Source of the DNA: a phage
Sequence record: PZ049338.1
DNA length: 64,000 nucleotides
Strand: one strand, 5' to 3'
The notes under the pieces were generated by a model. That model was not told the origin of the DNA and did no database searches. It was given only the letters and a program-made list of their open reading frames with translations. Positions 7,277 through 18,197 of this stretch are shown here, piece by piece. A program made the position numbers and the translations under genes. Position 1 is the first letter of the stretch. Every line of letters begins with the position of its first letter.

Positions 7277-8761
7277 ATGGATTTTAATGAAATCGACTTA
7301 GACTCCCTTCCGGAACATATCAAGTGGGAAATTATTGACTTACTAGAGGAAAGGGAAAGGGTCATTAAATATAATCGGATTAACGAATTCGAACCCTACG
7401 AGTTCCAAAAGAATTTTTATTCTGCAAGTGCTAAATTCAAAAGACGCTTCCTTTGTGCGGCTAACCGAGTTGGTAAGTCTTACTCTGAAGCGGTAGAAGT
7501 GTTTTATCATTTGTCAGGTCTGTACCCTGAATGGTGGGACGGACACAGATTTAAGAAACCAATCCTCTTATGGGCTGTTGGTATCACCGGTGACTCAACT
7601 CGAAAGGTGTTGCAGAAGGAGTTGTTTGGTACACCGATGGGCAAAGACCAAGATGCATTGGGAACAGGCGCTATCCCTCGTGACCTGATTGACATTGAGA
7701 ACATCGAGAAAGACGGTAACATCATCAAAATCGCAAAGGTTAAGCATCATGATAAAAATGGTGACTTTGATGGTTGGTCTACTATCGAATTCCGCTCAAC
7801 TCAACAGGGTGAGCACGTACTGATGGGTGCGACTGTAGATTATATATGGTTAGATGAAGAAGACCCGTTCAAGTCTATGGAAATCTATGCACAGTGCGTT
7901 ACTCGTACTGCTACTACTGGTGGTTTGATTACCATCACCGCTACTCCTGAGAACGGTTTGACGAAACTGGTAGACCTGTTCATGAAAGACACGTCAGGTT
8001 ACTTATATTTTCAGAATGCGACATGGGATGATGCTCCCCACTTAGATGAAGAAACTAAAAAAGAGTTGTTAGCATCTATTCCGACATGGCAGCACGAAAT
8101 GCGAAGCAGGGGGATTCCAATGATGGGCGAAGGTTTGATTTACGATATTGCAGAGTCTTCTATTATTACAGAGCCGATTGAGATTCCATCTCACTGGCGT
8201 AGACTTGCAGCAGTTGATATTGGTATCAGTCACGATACTGCGGTTGTATGGACAGCTTACGATGCTGCTACTGACTGTATCTATGTATATGACTGCTACT
8301 CAGCAGATGCGGGCGTTCCTGCTATGCACGCTACAGCTATTAATGCTCGTGGCAACTGGATTCCTGTTATTCTTCCACACGATGCTGATAACACTGAACG
8401 TGGTTCAGGTCGTAGTGTCGCGTCTTATTATGCAGAGGCTGGTGTCAACGTGATGCCTGAGACGTTCTATAATCCACTGGATTGGACGGGTAAGAAGAAT
8501 AACTTCGTAGAACCGGGCATTATGGAAATCCTTCAAAGGATGAAGACTGGTCGCTTTAAAGTGTTTAGCACTTGTGGCAAGTTCTTCGAAGAAATGCGTC
8601 GTTATCACCGTAAAGATGGCAAGATTGTCAAAGAATTCGATGATACAATGGACGCAGCACGATATTCAGCACTCTCAGTAATTGGACGTGGTGTAAGTGC
8701 AGGTGAAGCAAGTGCTGGCTACAATGCAGCATTCAATGATAACTGGAATTACAATTACTAA
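7277..8761 (+). CDS. terL: terminase large subunit (ATPase/nuclease)
   Basis: start moved to ATG 7277 (GGAGG SD); Walker A-like AANRVGKS; about 495 aa; position upstream of portal. Confidence 0.8.
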   Translation: MDFNEIDLDSLPEHIKWEIIDLLEERERVIKYNRINEFEPYEFQKNFYSASAKFKRRFLCAANRVGKSYSEAVEVFYHLSGLYPEWWDGHRFKKPILLWAVGITGDSTRKVLQKELFGTPMGKDQDALGTGAIPRDLIDIENIEKDGNIIKIAKVKHHDKNGDFDGWSTIEFRSTQQGEHVLMGATVDYIWLDEEDPFKSMEIYAQCVTRTATTGGLITITATPENGLTKLVDLFMKDTSGYLYFQNATWDDAPHLDEETKKELLASIPTWQHEMRSRGIPMMGEGLIYDIAESSIITEPIEIPSHWRRLAAVDIGISHDTAVVWTAYDAATDCIYVYDCYSADAGVPAMHATAINARGNWIPVILPHDADNTERGSGRSVASYYAEAGVNVMPETFYNPLDWTGKKNNFVEPGIMEILQRMKTGRFKVFSTCGKFFEEMRRYHRKDGKIVKEFDDTMDAARYSALSVIGRGVSAGEASAGYNAAFNDNWNYNY

Positions 8762-8779
8762 CAATTATAGGAGTTTAGA

Positions 8780-11143
8780 ATGTCAGATAATAAAATTACT
8801 GGCAACATCACAATTGATGAAGACACTCTGAGCACTCTCCAATACCAAGTTGGTACTTATTATAACCACGCTATTGGTTATCATGAAGGGGAACTGGGTG
8901 TTCGTGCTCGGATGGGTTGGGAATATTACTACGGTAACCTCCCAGAACCCGTCACAAAGGGCTCTTCTAAGTGGGTTGACCGAAGTGTATGGGAAAGTGT
9001 GAATGGTACGCTACAGGAGCTTGTAAGCGTTTTTACAAGTGGTGAGGATGCAGTTAAGTTCGCCCCGATGCACTCTAAAGATGCAGATGCTGCTATTGCA
9101 GCGACTAAGATGGTTAACAAGGTTCTTCTCCGTGATAATCCGGGATTCAACGTACTGCATGACGCTTTTAAAGAGTGTCTGATTGCGCGTAACTCGTTTA
9201 TCAAACGTTACTGGAAAGTTGAGAAGAAAGTATTCACTGAAGAATTCGATGGTTTAACCAAAGATGAATTAGATGTGTACCTCTCTGGTATTAAGGGAGA
9301 TATTATTGAGTTTTCCTCTGAGATTAAGGATATGTCAGAAGATGAAGACGGTGATAATATCATTGAGACCCATGCTGAAGAGCAAGAAGAAAATGAATTT
9401 GAACAAATCGAAGATGAACCACAGGCACAAGCTATTCCTGAAGACATGACCTCTGCTGGTGACTTGCAAGACGAGCCAGAACCAGAACCTGTCGAAGAAA
9501 CCGAAGCTGACAACGAAATTGCTGACATTGCTCCGGGTGCTTTAGCTAAGCCTGAAGAAGATTCCGAAGAAGAGGAAGAACAAAACGAAGAAGACCAACT
9601 CTTCTGCGGCATTGTTACCTATGAAGTTACAACCGAAGGTGTTTGCGTTGAATATGTTCCTTTCGAAGAAGTAATCATTGAACCTACGGCTCGTTCCTTG
9701 CATGATGCCAACTATATCGGCCATCGTGTTCGTAAATCCAAGGACGAACTGATTCTTATGGGCTTTGATGCTGATGTTATTGAAGAATTGAACCCAGCTT
9801 CGTCTGATATTGAAGCTGGAGTCATCGCTAACTCTCGTGTTAACAACCTGAACCCACTTAACGTGAGTGATGTGTTGTCTGTAGGTGACGAGAAGGCAGA
9901 TAAACTGTGGTTGCATGAAAACTACATTAAGACATCTCTCATCTCTGGTCGTTTGGAGATTTTGCAGGTGTTTACACTCAACGGTCAGATTCTGGAAGTG
10001 AACCGTGTCAACGAATTCCCATTCGAGACAATGACTCCGTTCCCAATTCCGGGTTCTGTGTGGGGTGAATCAGTATTTGACATTACTAAAGATGTACAGG
10101 ATTTATCTACGACGCTGATTCGTGGTATGATTGATAACATCATGAACGCTAACTTCCGTAGATATGAAGCCATCAAAGGTCAGTACGACCGAGAATCATT
10201 ACTGAACAACCGTCCGGGTGCAGTCGTTGAGGTTCTATCTCAAGGTGCTGTTACTCCTTTCCCATATCACCAATTACCACAAGGTATCGACAACCTGCTT
10301 ACTTACATTAATAGCAAGAAGGAAGAACGTACTGGTGTTAGTAAGGTAGGGCAAGGTCTTGACCCAAACGTGTTTAAGAACGATAACTCGACTGCCACTG
10401 TAAATATGGTCATGAGTGCTGCTCAAAACCGTTTGCGCATGGTTGCTCGTAACATCGCTCAACGCGGTATGATGAGTTTGATGCTGTCCATCTACAACTT
10501 GATTCGTGAGAATGGTAAGACACCTATCAACGTTGAAACAGCTAATGGTAATGTAACACTTGACCCACGTAAACTGCCACATCGTACTCAAATGATTGTA
10601 GCGGTAGCGGTAGGTGATGGTGAGCGTCGTGAACGTGCAGCAGGTTTGCAGAGTTTGATGATGTCTATGACTCAGATTCCTCAATTGCAACAGTTCCTGC
10701 AACCGAACAACGCATACTACTTAGCAACTCAACTGTTTGAGACTATGGGTATCTATGATGTGGAAAACTATCTGACTCCAATTGATAAGTTACCTCCTCC
10801 GAAACCAGACCCGATTCAAGAACTGACTATCCAGCAGTTGCAGGAGACAGTTAAGCAGATTGGTGTTACAACACAGAAGATTCTGTCCGACGTTAATAAT
10901 GAAGACCGTAAATCAGAGTTTGAGCAGCAGAAAGCTGCGGATGAAATGAGTCTGAAGATTAACGAGTCCCGCTCTAAGGTAGACAAGGAAGCTGAGGAGG
11001 TGGAGATTAAGCGACTGGAATTGCAACTTAAACGTGAGGAGTTGGCTATCCAACGTGAGTTGGTTGAGCTTAAGAAACAAGAGATGCTTGTTGAGGCTCA
11101 ATTGGAAGCACGACAGACTCGCCCGGTTTCACTTGGGAGGTAA
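8780..11143 (+). CDS. portal protein (787 aa) with long acidic insertion
   Basis: size and position between terminase and scaffold; Glu/Asp-rich stretch encoded about 9340-9600. Confidence 0.7.
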   Translation: MSDNKITGNITIDEDTLSTLQYQVGTYYNHAIGYHEGELGVRARMGWEYYYGNLPEPVTKGSSKWVDRSVWESVNGTLQELVSVFTSGEDAVKFAPMHSKDADAAIAATKMVNKVLLRDNPGFNVLHDAFKECLIARNSFIKRYWKVEKKVFTEEFDGLTKDELDVYLSGIKGDIIEFSSEIKDMSEDEDGDNIIETHAEEQEENEFEQIEDEPQAQAIPEDMTSAGDLQDEPEPEPVEETEADNEIADIAPGALAKPEEDSEEEEEQNEEDQLFCGIVTYEVTTEGVCVEYVPFEEVIIEPTARSLHDANYIGHRVRKSKDELILMGFDADVIEELNPASSDIEAGVIANSRVNNLNPLNVSDVLSVGDEKADKLWLHENYIKTSLISGRLEILQVFTLNGQILEVNRVNEFPFETMTPFPIPGSVWGESVFDITKDVQDLSTTLIRGMIDNIMNANFRRYEAIKGQYDRESLLNNRPGAVVEVLSQGAVTPFPYHQLPQGIDNLLTYINSKKEERTGVSKVGQGLDPNVFKNDNSTATVNMVMSAAQNRLRMVARNIAQRGMMSLMLSIYNLIRENGKTPINVETANGNVTLDPRKLPHRTQMIVAVAVGDGERRERAAGLQSLMMSMTQIPQLQQFLQPNNAYYLATQLFETMGIYDVENYLTPIDKLPPPKPDPIQELTIQQLQETVKQIGVTTQKILSDVNNEDRKSEFEQQKAADEMSLKINESRSKVDKEAEEVEIKRLELQLKREELAIQRELVELKKQEMLVEAQLEARQTRPVSLGR

Positions 11144-11146
11144 TGA

Positions 11147-11371
11147 GTGAACCTAACTGCATTAAGTAAATTAAAAGGATTAATGGAGGGGGATGACCTC
11201 TCCAACCTTTTACAAGAGTTAAAAAATGATATTGCCCTGAGTATAGTTCAGACTTCATTCGACCAAAAGGAAAAGAGGGAAGAGCTATACATGCTAACTA
11301 AAGCTATAGATGGTTTACAGGTTAAGCTTCAGGAGTATGTTAACGAATATGATAAGATTCAGGAGATTTAA
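11147..11371 (+). CDS. small hypothetical protein (74 aa, GTG start)
   Basis: ORF track; GGGAGG SD upstream. Confidence 0.4.
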   Translation: MNLTALSKLKGLMEGDDLSNLLQELKNDIALSIVQTSFDQKEKREELYMLTKAIDGLQVKLQEYVNEYDKIQEI

Positions 11372-11373
11372 TA

Positions 11374-12429
11374 ATGGCTAATGACGCAATCGAAGTACAA
11401 GAAGTAGTAACTAACCCAATGTTCATTGATACTGACAACTTTAACTTCTTTGACCTTGAAGATGTAGTTGCTGATGATGGTAACGAACTCGGCTATAATA
11501 CTAAGCAGACTGGCAAAGACCTGATGCCTAAAGAAGAAGTAGCTGAAGCCGATGAAGACGAAGGTGATGAGGATACTGATGCCCTCCCTCCGGAAGAAGG
11601 CGAAGAAGGTTACGAAGATGAAGACGAAGAAGGTAATGAAGGCGAAGCTGACGAATCCGAACAAGCTGAAGCAGGCGAAGACGGTGAAGAAGTTGACTTT
11701 GAGACTTACGAAGTAACTCTGCCTAATGGCGAAGTCATAGTTCTCAGTGATGCTATCGCTGGTTACAAAAACGCTCAGGCGCTGGCGGCAGAACGCGAAG
11801 AGTTCGAGAGCGTGCGTAATAAATTCACTGATGAATCTGAGAAAGTAGCTAAGTATCTTGATTTGGCTCGTCTGGAAGCTGACCGTGTAATCGAAGATTA
11901 TGAAGACTTCGACTGGGCAGCATACAAGAAAGATGACCCGGTTGGTTATGTAGAGAACCGTGAGTTCTTAGACCGCTATCGTGCGCGTCGTCAGGAGATT
12001 ATTGAAGCTCAGGAATCCTTAGAAGCAGAACGTGCTGCCAAAGAAGCTGAAGACTTTAAAGAGAAAGCCCGTGAAGCAGGTGTTATTCTGGCTCGTGATA
12101 TTCCGGGTTGGAACAACGATATGTACCAGAGCCTCATGCTGTACGCAGTAGAGAATGGTGCGAATGCTGAAGAAATTGCTAACTCTGTTGACCCAACTAT
12201 TTTTAAGATTCTGCACAAAGCAATGCAGTATGATAAGGGTAAGCAGGTCGTAAAAGCTAAAGTTAAGCGTGTTGGTGGTTCCCCGACTAAAGTAGCTAAG
12301 CCGTCTGCGAAAGTGACGACTACTACCTCTCCGGAGACCGGAAAACGTAAAGCAATCCTTAAGAAAATGGAGAATGGTGGCCTGAACGAGAGCGAACTGC
12401 GTAATTCTTTCAGTTTCTTGGAAGATTAA
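11374..12429 (+). CDS. scaffolding protein (acidic, coiled-coil-like)
   Basis: position before capsid gene; strongly acidic low-complexity N-terminal half; AGGAG SD. Confidence 0.6.
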   Translation: MANDAIEVQEVVTNPMFIDTDNFNFFDLEDVVADDGNELGYNTKQTGKDLMPKEEVAEADEDEGDEDTDALPPEEGEEGYEDEDEEGNEGEADESEQAEAGEDGEEVDFETYEVTLPNGEVIVLSDAIAGYKNAQALAAEREEFESVRNKFTDESEKVAKYLDLARLEADRVIEDYEDFDWAAYKKDDPVGYVENREFLDRYRARRQEIIEAQESLEAERAAKEAEDFKEKAREAGVILARDIPGWNNDMYQSLMLYAVENGANAEEIANSVDPTIFKILHKAMQYDKGKQVVKAKVKRVGGSPTKVAKPSAKVTTTTSPETGKRKAILKKMENGGLNESELRNSFSFLED

Positions 12430-12580
12430 TGGTTAATCTGTAAGGGTTTTATGATAAACGTACTAGAATAGTATGTTAACAACAAGGAAATGCCTTGTGT
12501 GTTCAACAAAGAGTAACGAACGTGTTCGTGCTCACTGAGCCGCAAGGCAAACAACAATATTATCAGAGGAGAATTCTCTA

Positions 12581-13546
12581 ATGGCAGATACTACTTTAGT
12601 TTCTTATGACCTGAATGGTAAGAAACTTTCCTTTGCAAACTGGATTTCTAACCTGTCTCCTACCGAGACCCCGTTCGTTTCCATGACTGGCAAAGAAGCA
12701 ATTAATCAGACTCTGTTCCAATGGCAGACTGATACGCTGGAAACCGCTAACCCGAACAACGCAGTTGTTGAAGGTTCTGCTGCTGAAGCTCCAGTTCGTA
12801 GCTCTACCACTGTACTGAACAACGTTACTCAGATTCTGCGTAAAGTGGTTCGTGTTTCTGATACCGCAAACGCTCTGGCGAACTACGGTCGTGGTCAGGA
12901 ACTCCAGTACCAGATGGAAAAAGCTGGTAAAGAAATCAAGCGTGACCTCGAAGTTGCTCTGCTGCGTAACGGCGCTAAAGTTGACGGTAACGGCACTACT
13001 GCTCGTAAGACCGCTGGCTTTACTGCTCTGGTTGCTGCTAAAGGTGTAGCTGACCCGGACACTGGTGCTGTTGTTCATAAAGAGACTGCTGTTAAGTCTA
13101 AGATTTCTGAAGCAGAACTGTTTGACCTGACGTACAACCTGTACCTGTCTGGTTCTAACGCGAACATCATCATGTTCCACCCGAAACACGCAAGCTTCTT
13201 CGCTTCCCTGATGGACACTCCGGCTGCTGGTACTAACCGCATGAAGATGTTCGACGGTAGCGATACTAAGTTTAACCAGTATGTTTCTAGCGTAGTTGAC
13301 CCGCTGGGTCAGTTGTACAAGCTGATTCCTAACCGTTGGATGGATGAGACTGAGATCTACTTCTTCACTCCTTCTGACTGGGATGCTGCTCGAATGGATT
13401 GGGGTAGTCGTGGTACTACCACTGTTGCTGGTGCTCACGAACACGCATTGCGTATTACTGGTGGTATCTTCTCTCAAGGTGATAACCAGAAGCACAACAA
13501 CATTCAACCATTCATTACTGTATATATGTGGCGTCGCATTTCTTAA
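12581..13546 (+). CDS. major capsid protein (321 aa)
   Basis: position after scaffold, GAGGAG SD, size typical; not motif-verified. Confidence 0.65.
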   Translation: MADTTLVSYDLNGKKLSFANWISNLSPTETPFVSMTGKEAINQTLFQWQTDTLETANPNNAVVEGSAAEAPVRSSTTVLNNVTQILRKVVRVSDTANALANYGRGQELQYQMEKAGKEIKRDLEVALLRNGAKVDGNGTTARKTAGFTALVAAKGVADPDTGAVVHKETAVKSKISEAELFDLTYNLYLSGSNANIIMFHPKHASFFASLMDTPAAGTNRMKMFDGSDTKFNQYVSSVVDPLGQLYKLIPNRWMDETEIYFFTPSDWDAARMDWGSRGTTTVAGAHEHALRITGGIFSQGDNQKHNNIQPFITVYMWRRIS

Positions 13547-13559
13547 TAGGAGTTAGTCC

Positions 13560-15266
13560 ATGCCTTTAATGAGATTACGAAATGTAGGGAAGACTGGTGT
13601 AACAACAGATATCCCTTCATATGATTTAAAACCCTCGGATTGGTCTTGGGCTAACAACGTTCGATTCCAAGCAGATAGGGTTCAGAAAGTGGGTGGCTCT
13701 AAGGCCGCCCTAACTCGTCTTATGCCACAAGAACATCCACTTGGTGTCGTACAGTGGCCTCTTACTGAATCACTGTTATATGGTACTTGGAAGCCTGGGA
13801 CATCTAAGGGTAGTTTATGGGTGGCTCGTGGTAACTCACATGAGAATATTTCAAAAAGAGCCTCCGGAAGTAGTACACCTTTTGAATATGAGTGTTCTCC
13901 AGAGTATTCATGGGACTATACAACACTCTCTAACACAGTTATTTTTAATACTCGTCTTTCAGACCCACAAGGTATTAAGAATGGTCAAGCTTACTTCTCA
14001 GACCTTCCGGGTTGGGGTAAGCCCACAGCATCTACTACTGCAAACTGGAAAGCTAACCGAATTCGTGCATTTAAGAACTACTTACTTTGCATGGGTATGT
14101 GGGAGAATGGTGTAGAGTTTCCTCAGCGTGTACGATGGTCTGATGTTGCAATGGTCGGTTCACTTCCTTCTAATTGGTATGAAAATGACCAGACTAAAGA
14201 TGGTGGATTTAACGACCTGACAGACTCATTATCACACATCATTGATGGTCGTCCTTTGCGTGACTCCTTTGTTGTTTATACAAACCGAGACACATTCATC
14301 ATGGACTACGTTGGTGGTACAATGGTGTTCAACTTCCGTAAAATCTTCTCAGATTCAGGGATGCTTGCACCAAACTGTTGTGTTGAGTTTGAAGGTCAGC
14401 ACTTTGTTATTTCAGAGGATGACATTTTCGTTCACAACGGTTCCACTCGTAGGTCTGTTGCTACAGGTCGTGTGAAAGATTACCTCATGGCTCAGATTGC
14501 CTCTAACAACCACGAAGCTACTCGTGTATATGCATATCCTGCTCGTAAAGAGATTTGGATTACATATGTTAGTGATGGTAACACTCCATCTAACGCTGAC
14601 GATAAGGTTTGGTCTTGTGATAAGGCTGCAATCTGGTCTTGGCAGTACGATACTTGGTCTTTTACAGACTTACCTAATATCTATGATATTGGTATCGGAT
14701 TATCACCTGAGACTGACTCTCGTTTCTGGTATGATAGTGAGTTCGTACCAACACCTGGAGACCCGACACAATATGGTGACTATCCGTGGGAAGATCCTAA
14801 GATTCCTGAAGATATTTGGAAGAACAAGGTTCAGGGGTTCACAAGACATGTAATGTTCGGTGCCTCATCTGATATGTGCTTCTACAACCTTGATAATGGT
14901 TACTATTGGGAGAAGTATGATGCGGTGTCTAAGACTATTTCCAAAGTTCCAGTTGTTTGTGAATTAGAGCGTTCTGCACTGGATTTCGATGAACAAGAAC
15001 CTGATATCTCTTACCATAAATGGTGGAGGGCAGTTTACCCACAGATGGGTGGTACTGGTACAGTTCGATTCTATGTTGGTGGCTCTAACTCCCCTAACGG
15101 TGAACCTGTTTGGGATTCTTGGCAGGACTTTGATATCGAACTTGATTCTAAAGTTGACTGCTTCTCAAACTACAGATACCCAGCAATTAAACTGCTTGAT
15201 TCTACGGAAGGTGAGTGGTCAATGGTTGGATATGATGTTGAATACTTCAAAGAAGGGAATAGATAA
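13560..15266 (+). CDS. virion structural protein (568 aa), possible tail/adaptor component
   Basis: late block position; AGGAG SD. Confidence 0.5.
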   Translation: MPLMRLRNVGKTGVTTDIPSYDLKPSDWSWANNVRFQADRVQKVGGSKAALTRLMPQEHPLGVVQWPLTESLLYGTWKPGTSKGSLWVARGNSHENISKRASGSSTPFEYECSPEYSWDYTTLSNTVIFNTRLSDPQGIKNGQAYFSDLPGWGKPTASTTANWKANRIRAFKNYLLCMGMWENGVEFPQRVRWSDVAMVGSLPSNWYENDQTKDGGFNDLTDSLSHIIDGRPLRDSFVVYTNRDTFIMDYVGGTMVFNFRKIFSDSGMLAPNCCVEFEGQHFVISEDDIFVHNGSTRRSVATGRVKDYLMAQIASNNHEATRVYAYPARKEIWITYVSDGNTPSNADDKVWSCDKAAIWSWQYDTWSFTDLPNIYDIGIGLSPETDSRFWYDSEFVPTPGDPTQYGDYPWEDPKIPEDIWKNKVQGFTRHVMFGASSDMCFYNLDNGYYWEKYDAVSKTISKVPVVCELERSALDFDEQEPDISYHKWWRAVYPQMGGTGTVRFYVGGSNSPNGEPVWDSWQDFDIELDSKVDCFSNYRYPAIKLLDSTEGEWSMVGYDVEYFKEGNR

Positions 15267-15490
15267 TGGCTGCAATCGACAGGACAAAACAACCCTATCG
15301 TATTTACAAACCACTCTTCCTAGATGAAGACCAGATTAAGATGGACTTAGACCGAGAGTTTGAGTCCATCTCTCAGGCACTCATTTGGGTAACGAACAAT
15401 ATGCTTATAATTGTTGATGCGGTCAATCCTCTTCTGATTGCTGCTGGTAAAGCACCTATTGTTCTTGAATATCCTAAGACGAATAGCTAA
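15266..15490 (+). CDS. hypothetical protein (74 aa), TAATG coupled
   Basis: ORF track. Confidence 0.45.
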   Translation: MAAIDRTKQPYRIYKPLFLDEDQIKMDLDREFESISQALIWVTNNMLIIVDAVNPLLIAAGKAPIVLEYPKTNS

Positions 15491-15502
15491 GGAGCTAATA
15501 AA

Positions 15503-16735
15503 ATGGGCAAGAAAAGTACACCGAAGCAGACCACTACTTCAAAAACTGAGAATAATCCGTGGGCTCCGGCCCAAGACCAACTCAAAGATATACTCTCTGA
15601 GGCTCAGAAACAATATGAAGCAACCGGTGGTCTCGATGGTAACTGGATTGATAAGAATTTCCCAGACTTAACACCAGAGATGAAAGCATCTCTTGGTAAT
15701 CTGGCATCTTCTGGTCAGTTAAATCAAGTAGCGGATAATATTAATAAGATTACCTCTAGTGCATCTACAAACGTAAATAATGCCTCTAGTGCATTATCTG
15801 GAATGACTTCTGGTGGCATTACTGGTCAGCAGATTAATGATTTGGCTAGCTCATTATATGATAATGAACTTGTTGACAGTCAAGTTACAAGTCTCACTGA
15901 TGATGCAATGTTAAACTACGACAAACAAGTTAATGCACTTAACCAAGCTGCTGGTGCAACTGGTAACATGGGCTCTTCTCGTGCTGGTGTTGCTCAAGGT
16001 GTTATGGCAGGTGAAACCAACAAAGCAATCGCTAAAGGTACAGCGGACATTACTAATGCCGCTCGTTCCTCAGCGTACAACCAAGCACTTGGTACACTGC
16101 AAGGTAATCAACAGACTAATCTGTCTGCTTCTGGCGCTCTTGGTAGTCTCGGTATGAACCAAGGTCAACTTCAAGCTAGTAACTCTGATATCTATCAGAA
16201 GGTTCTCCAGAACGAAGCTACTGCTGCTAACGTGTGGCAATCTCAAGCACAAGGTAAAGCTGATAACGATTGGTTCAACGCAACTGGTGCTGCTAATGGT
16301 GGCTGGGATAACCTGTCTAAATACTTGCAAATGGTTGGTGCCATTGGTGGTATGGGAGGTACTTCCAACTCTACCGTTACATCTAAGACCTCAGGAAGCA
16401 GTGGTGGTATGTTCAACTCCATCCTTGGTGGTGTTTCTACCGGTGCCGGTTTGATTGGTGCTGGTGCTCAAGCTGGTTGGTGGTCTGACGCTGCTATGAA
16501 GAAGAACGTCAAGAAGACTGGCAAGACTAAGAAAGGTACTAACAAATATGAGTGGGAGTGGAACAAGGCAGGTGAGGAGAAGGGTATGAAGGGTAAGGCG
16601 TCTGGTGTACTTGCACAAGATGTTGCCAAGAAGAACCCTGAAGCTGTTAAGAAAACTCCAAGTGGCAAGCTGATGGTCGATTATGATAAGACTGATGTTA
16701 AGCCTAAAAACTCTAAAGCTAAGAAGAAGAAATAA
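15503..16735 (+). CDS. Ser/Gly/Asn-rich structural protein, possibly fibre-like (C-terminal GVLAQDV...PEAV...VDY resembles fibre chaperone motifs)
   Basis: AAGGAG SD; composition; weak motif resemblance only. Confidence 0.45.
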   Translation: MGKKSTPKQTTTSKTENNPWAPAQDQLKDILSEAQKQYEATGGLDGNWIDKNFPDLTPEMKASLGNLASSGQLNQVADNINKITSSASTNVNNASSALSGMTSGGITGQQINDLASSLYDNELVDSQVTSLTDDAMLNYDKQVNALNQAAGATGNMGSSRAGVAQGVMAGETNKAIAKGTADITNAARSSAYNQALGTLQGNQQTNLSASGALGSLGMNQGQLQASNSDIYQKVLQNEATAANVWQSQAQGKADNDWFNATGAANGGWDNLSKYLQMVGAIGGMGGTSNSTVTSKTSGSSGGMFNSILGGVSTGAGLIGAGAQAGWWSDAAMKKNVKKTGKTKKGTNKYEWEWNKAGEEKGMKGKASGVLAQDVAKKNPEAVKKTPSGKLMVDYDKTDVKPKNSKAKKKK

Positions 16736-16754
16736 GAGCCTTCGGGCTCTTTTC
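16735..16754 (+). terminator. intrinsic terminator (AGAGCC ttcg GGCTCT + TTTTC)
   Basis: hairpin with UUCG loop and T-run directly after stop codon. Confidence 0.65.
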
Positions 16755-16770
16755 TTATAGGAGAATAGAA

Positions 16771-17631
16771 ATGGGTAATATCTTATCAGCAATCACAGAT
16801 GGTGCTTTGGATTCTATCAAAAGCCCCCTTAAGGTTGTAAAAGACATTGGTAAAGGTGATTTCAGCGGGGCATTTAAAAACCTCAAACACATTCCCGGTA
16901 ACCAAGAACGTGCTAACAAAGAGATTCTTCAATCTGCTGGTGTCCGAGGTTGGGTTGGTGACTATCCCGGTGAAAGTGCTGCTGCAATAGTTGGTTCTAT
17001 CTTTGGCGGTGCAGCCCTTATGGGTGGTGGAGCAGCCGCAGCCGGTGGTGCTGGGGCAGCAGGTGCTGGAGGTGCTGCGGGTGGTTCTGCTGCTCTTGGT
17101 GGTGCAGGTGCTGCCGGATATTTAGCACCTACTGCTGCTGGAGGTGTTGGTGCCACAGGTGCTGGCAGTAGCTTAGTATCTACAGGTGCTCTCTCAGCTA
17201 TCAGTTCCCAAGCCCCATCTACTGCTGCACTGTTACAGATGGGTAATGCTGGGGTTGGTGCATCTACAGCAACTGCTGGTGCTTCGTCCTTTACTCCTGC
17301 AATGTTAACAACTCAAGGTGCTGCTGCATCTGGCGGTACTTATGGTGCTGCTTCTGCTCCTGCAATTGCATTGCAAACACCTGCTGCCGGTGGTGCTTCT
17401 GCTGGAAGCTCTACAATGTCAAACCCTGAAACTTGGAATCAAATCTCTAAACTTGTGAACAGTGTTAAAAAACCAGAGCAAGAGAACCAAACACTTGCAC
17501 CTGTTCCAATGGGTTCGGGACATCGAGGTAACTTCAACTTCGACCGTAAGAATTTCCAAAATCAGGCACTAACTCAAACGTATGGTGAACTTTATAATAA
17601 ACCTACGAAAACACCGAATATTAAATTCTAA
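16771..17631 (+). CDS. Gly/Ala-rich low-complexity virion protein (286 aa)
   Basis: AGGAG SD; long GA-rich tract. Confidence 0.45.
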   Translation: MGNILSAITDGALDSIKSPLKVVKDIGKGDFSGAFKNLKHIPGNQERANKEILQSAGVRGWVGDYPGESAAAIVGSIFGGAALMGGGAAAAGGAGAAGAGGAAGGSAALGGAGAAGYLAPTAAGGVGATGAGSSLVSTGALSAISSQAPSTAALLQMGNAGVGASTATAGASSFTPAMLTTQGAAASGGTYGAASAPAIALQTPAAGGASAGSSTMSNPETWNQISKLVNSVKKPEQENQTLAPVPMGSGHRGNFNFDRKNFQNQALTQTYGELYNKPTKTPNIKF

Positions 17632-17642
17632 GGAGAGATTAG

Positions 17643-18197
17643 ATGGCTACTAACGCCTACTTAGAGCGCATGAATCAGCTCCGTTCAGAAAGACGTCAAG
17701 TTAAAACTAGACAGTTAGAAGAAATGGGTGTTCCGATTCGTCGCCCAGAACAACATAGTAATTATAATGGTGCTTCACCTTCAGGTGTTCCTACTGGAGA
17801 AGCTCCTATCCCTCAAGAAGATGAATCATACAAAGACTCCCACTTCTATAATGCGTTTGAAGGTTATAAACAGCGTGATGAGAAGTTTGGTAGTGTCATT
17901 GATGAACTCACTGAGTTAGCTACAGGTCTTCGTGAGCAGGTTAAACTAGGGTATATGCCTGAGCAAGTTGCTCGTCAACGATTGACACAATTCGTAGGTG
18001 ATACTCAACAGCAATTTGTACGTGCTAAGCCTCAACTGGAAAAAGAAAAGCAGAATAAGCAAATGGAAGCAATGTTAGGTGTATTAACTGGTGTTACACA
18101 GCAACAGCAGATGCAACAGCAGCAAGCCAAAGCTAACGAGCCTATCCCAGCAGAGGGTATTTCAGCAGAAGAAGCACAACAAAGGGGAGGTTGGTAA
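17643..18197 (+). CDS. hypothetical structural protein (184 aa)
   Basis: ORF track; AAGGAG SD. Confidence 0.45.
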   Translation: MATNAYLERMNQLRSERRQVKTRQLEEMGVPIRRPEQHSNYNGASPSGVPTGEAPIPQEDESYKDSHFYNAFEGYKQRDEKFGSVIDELTELATGLREQVKLGYMPEQVARQRLTQFVGDTQQQFVRAKPQLEKEKQNKQMEAMLGVLTGVTQQQQMQQQQAKANEPIPAEGISAEEAQQRGGW

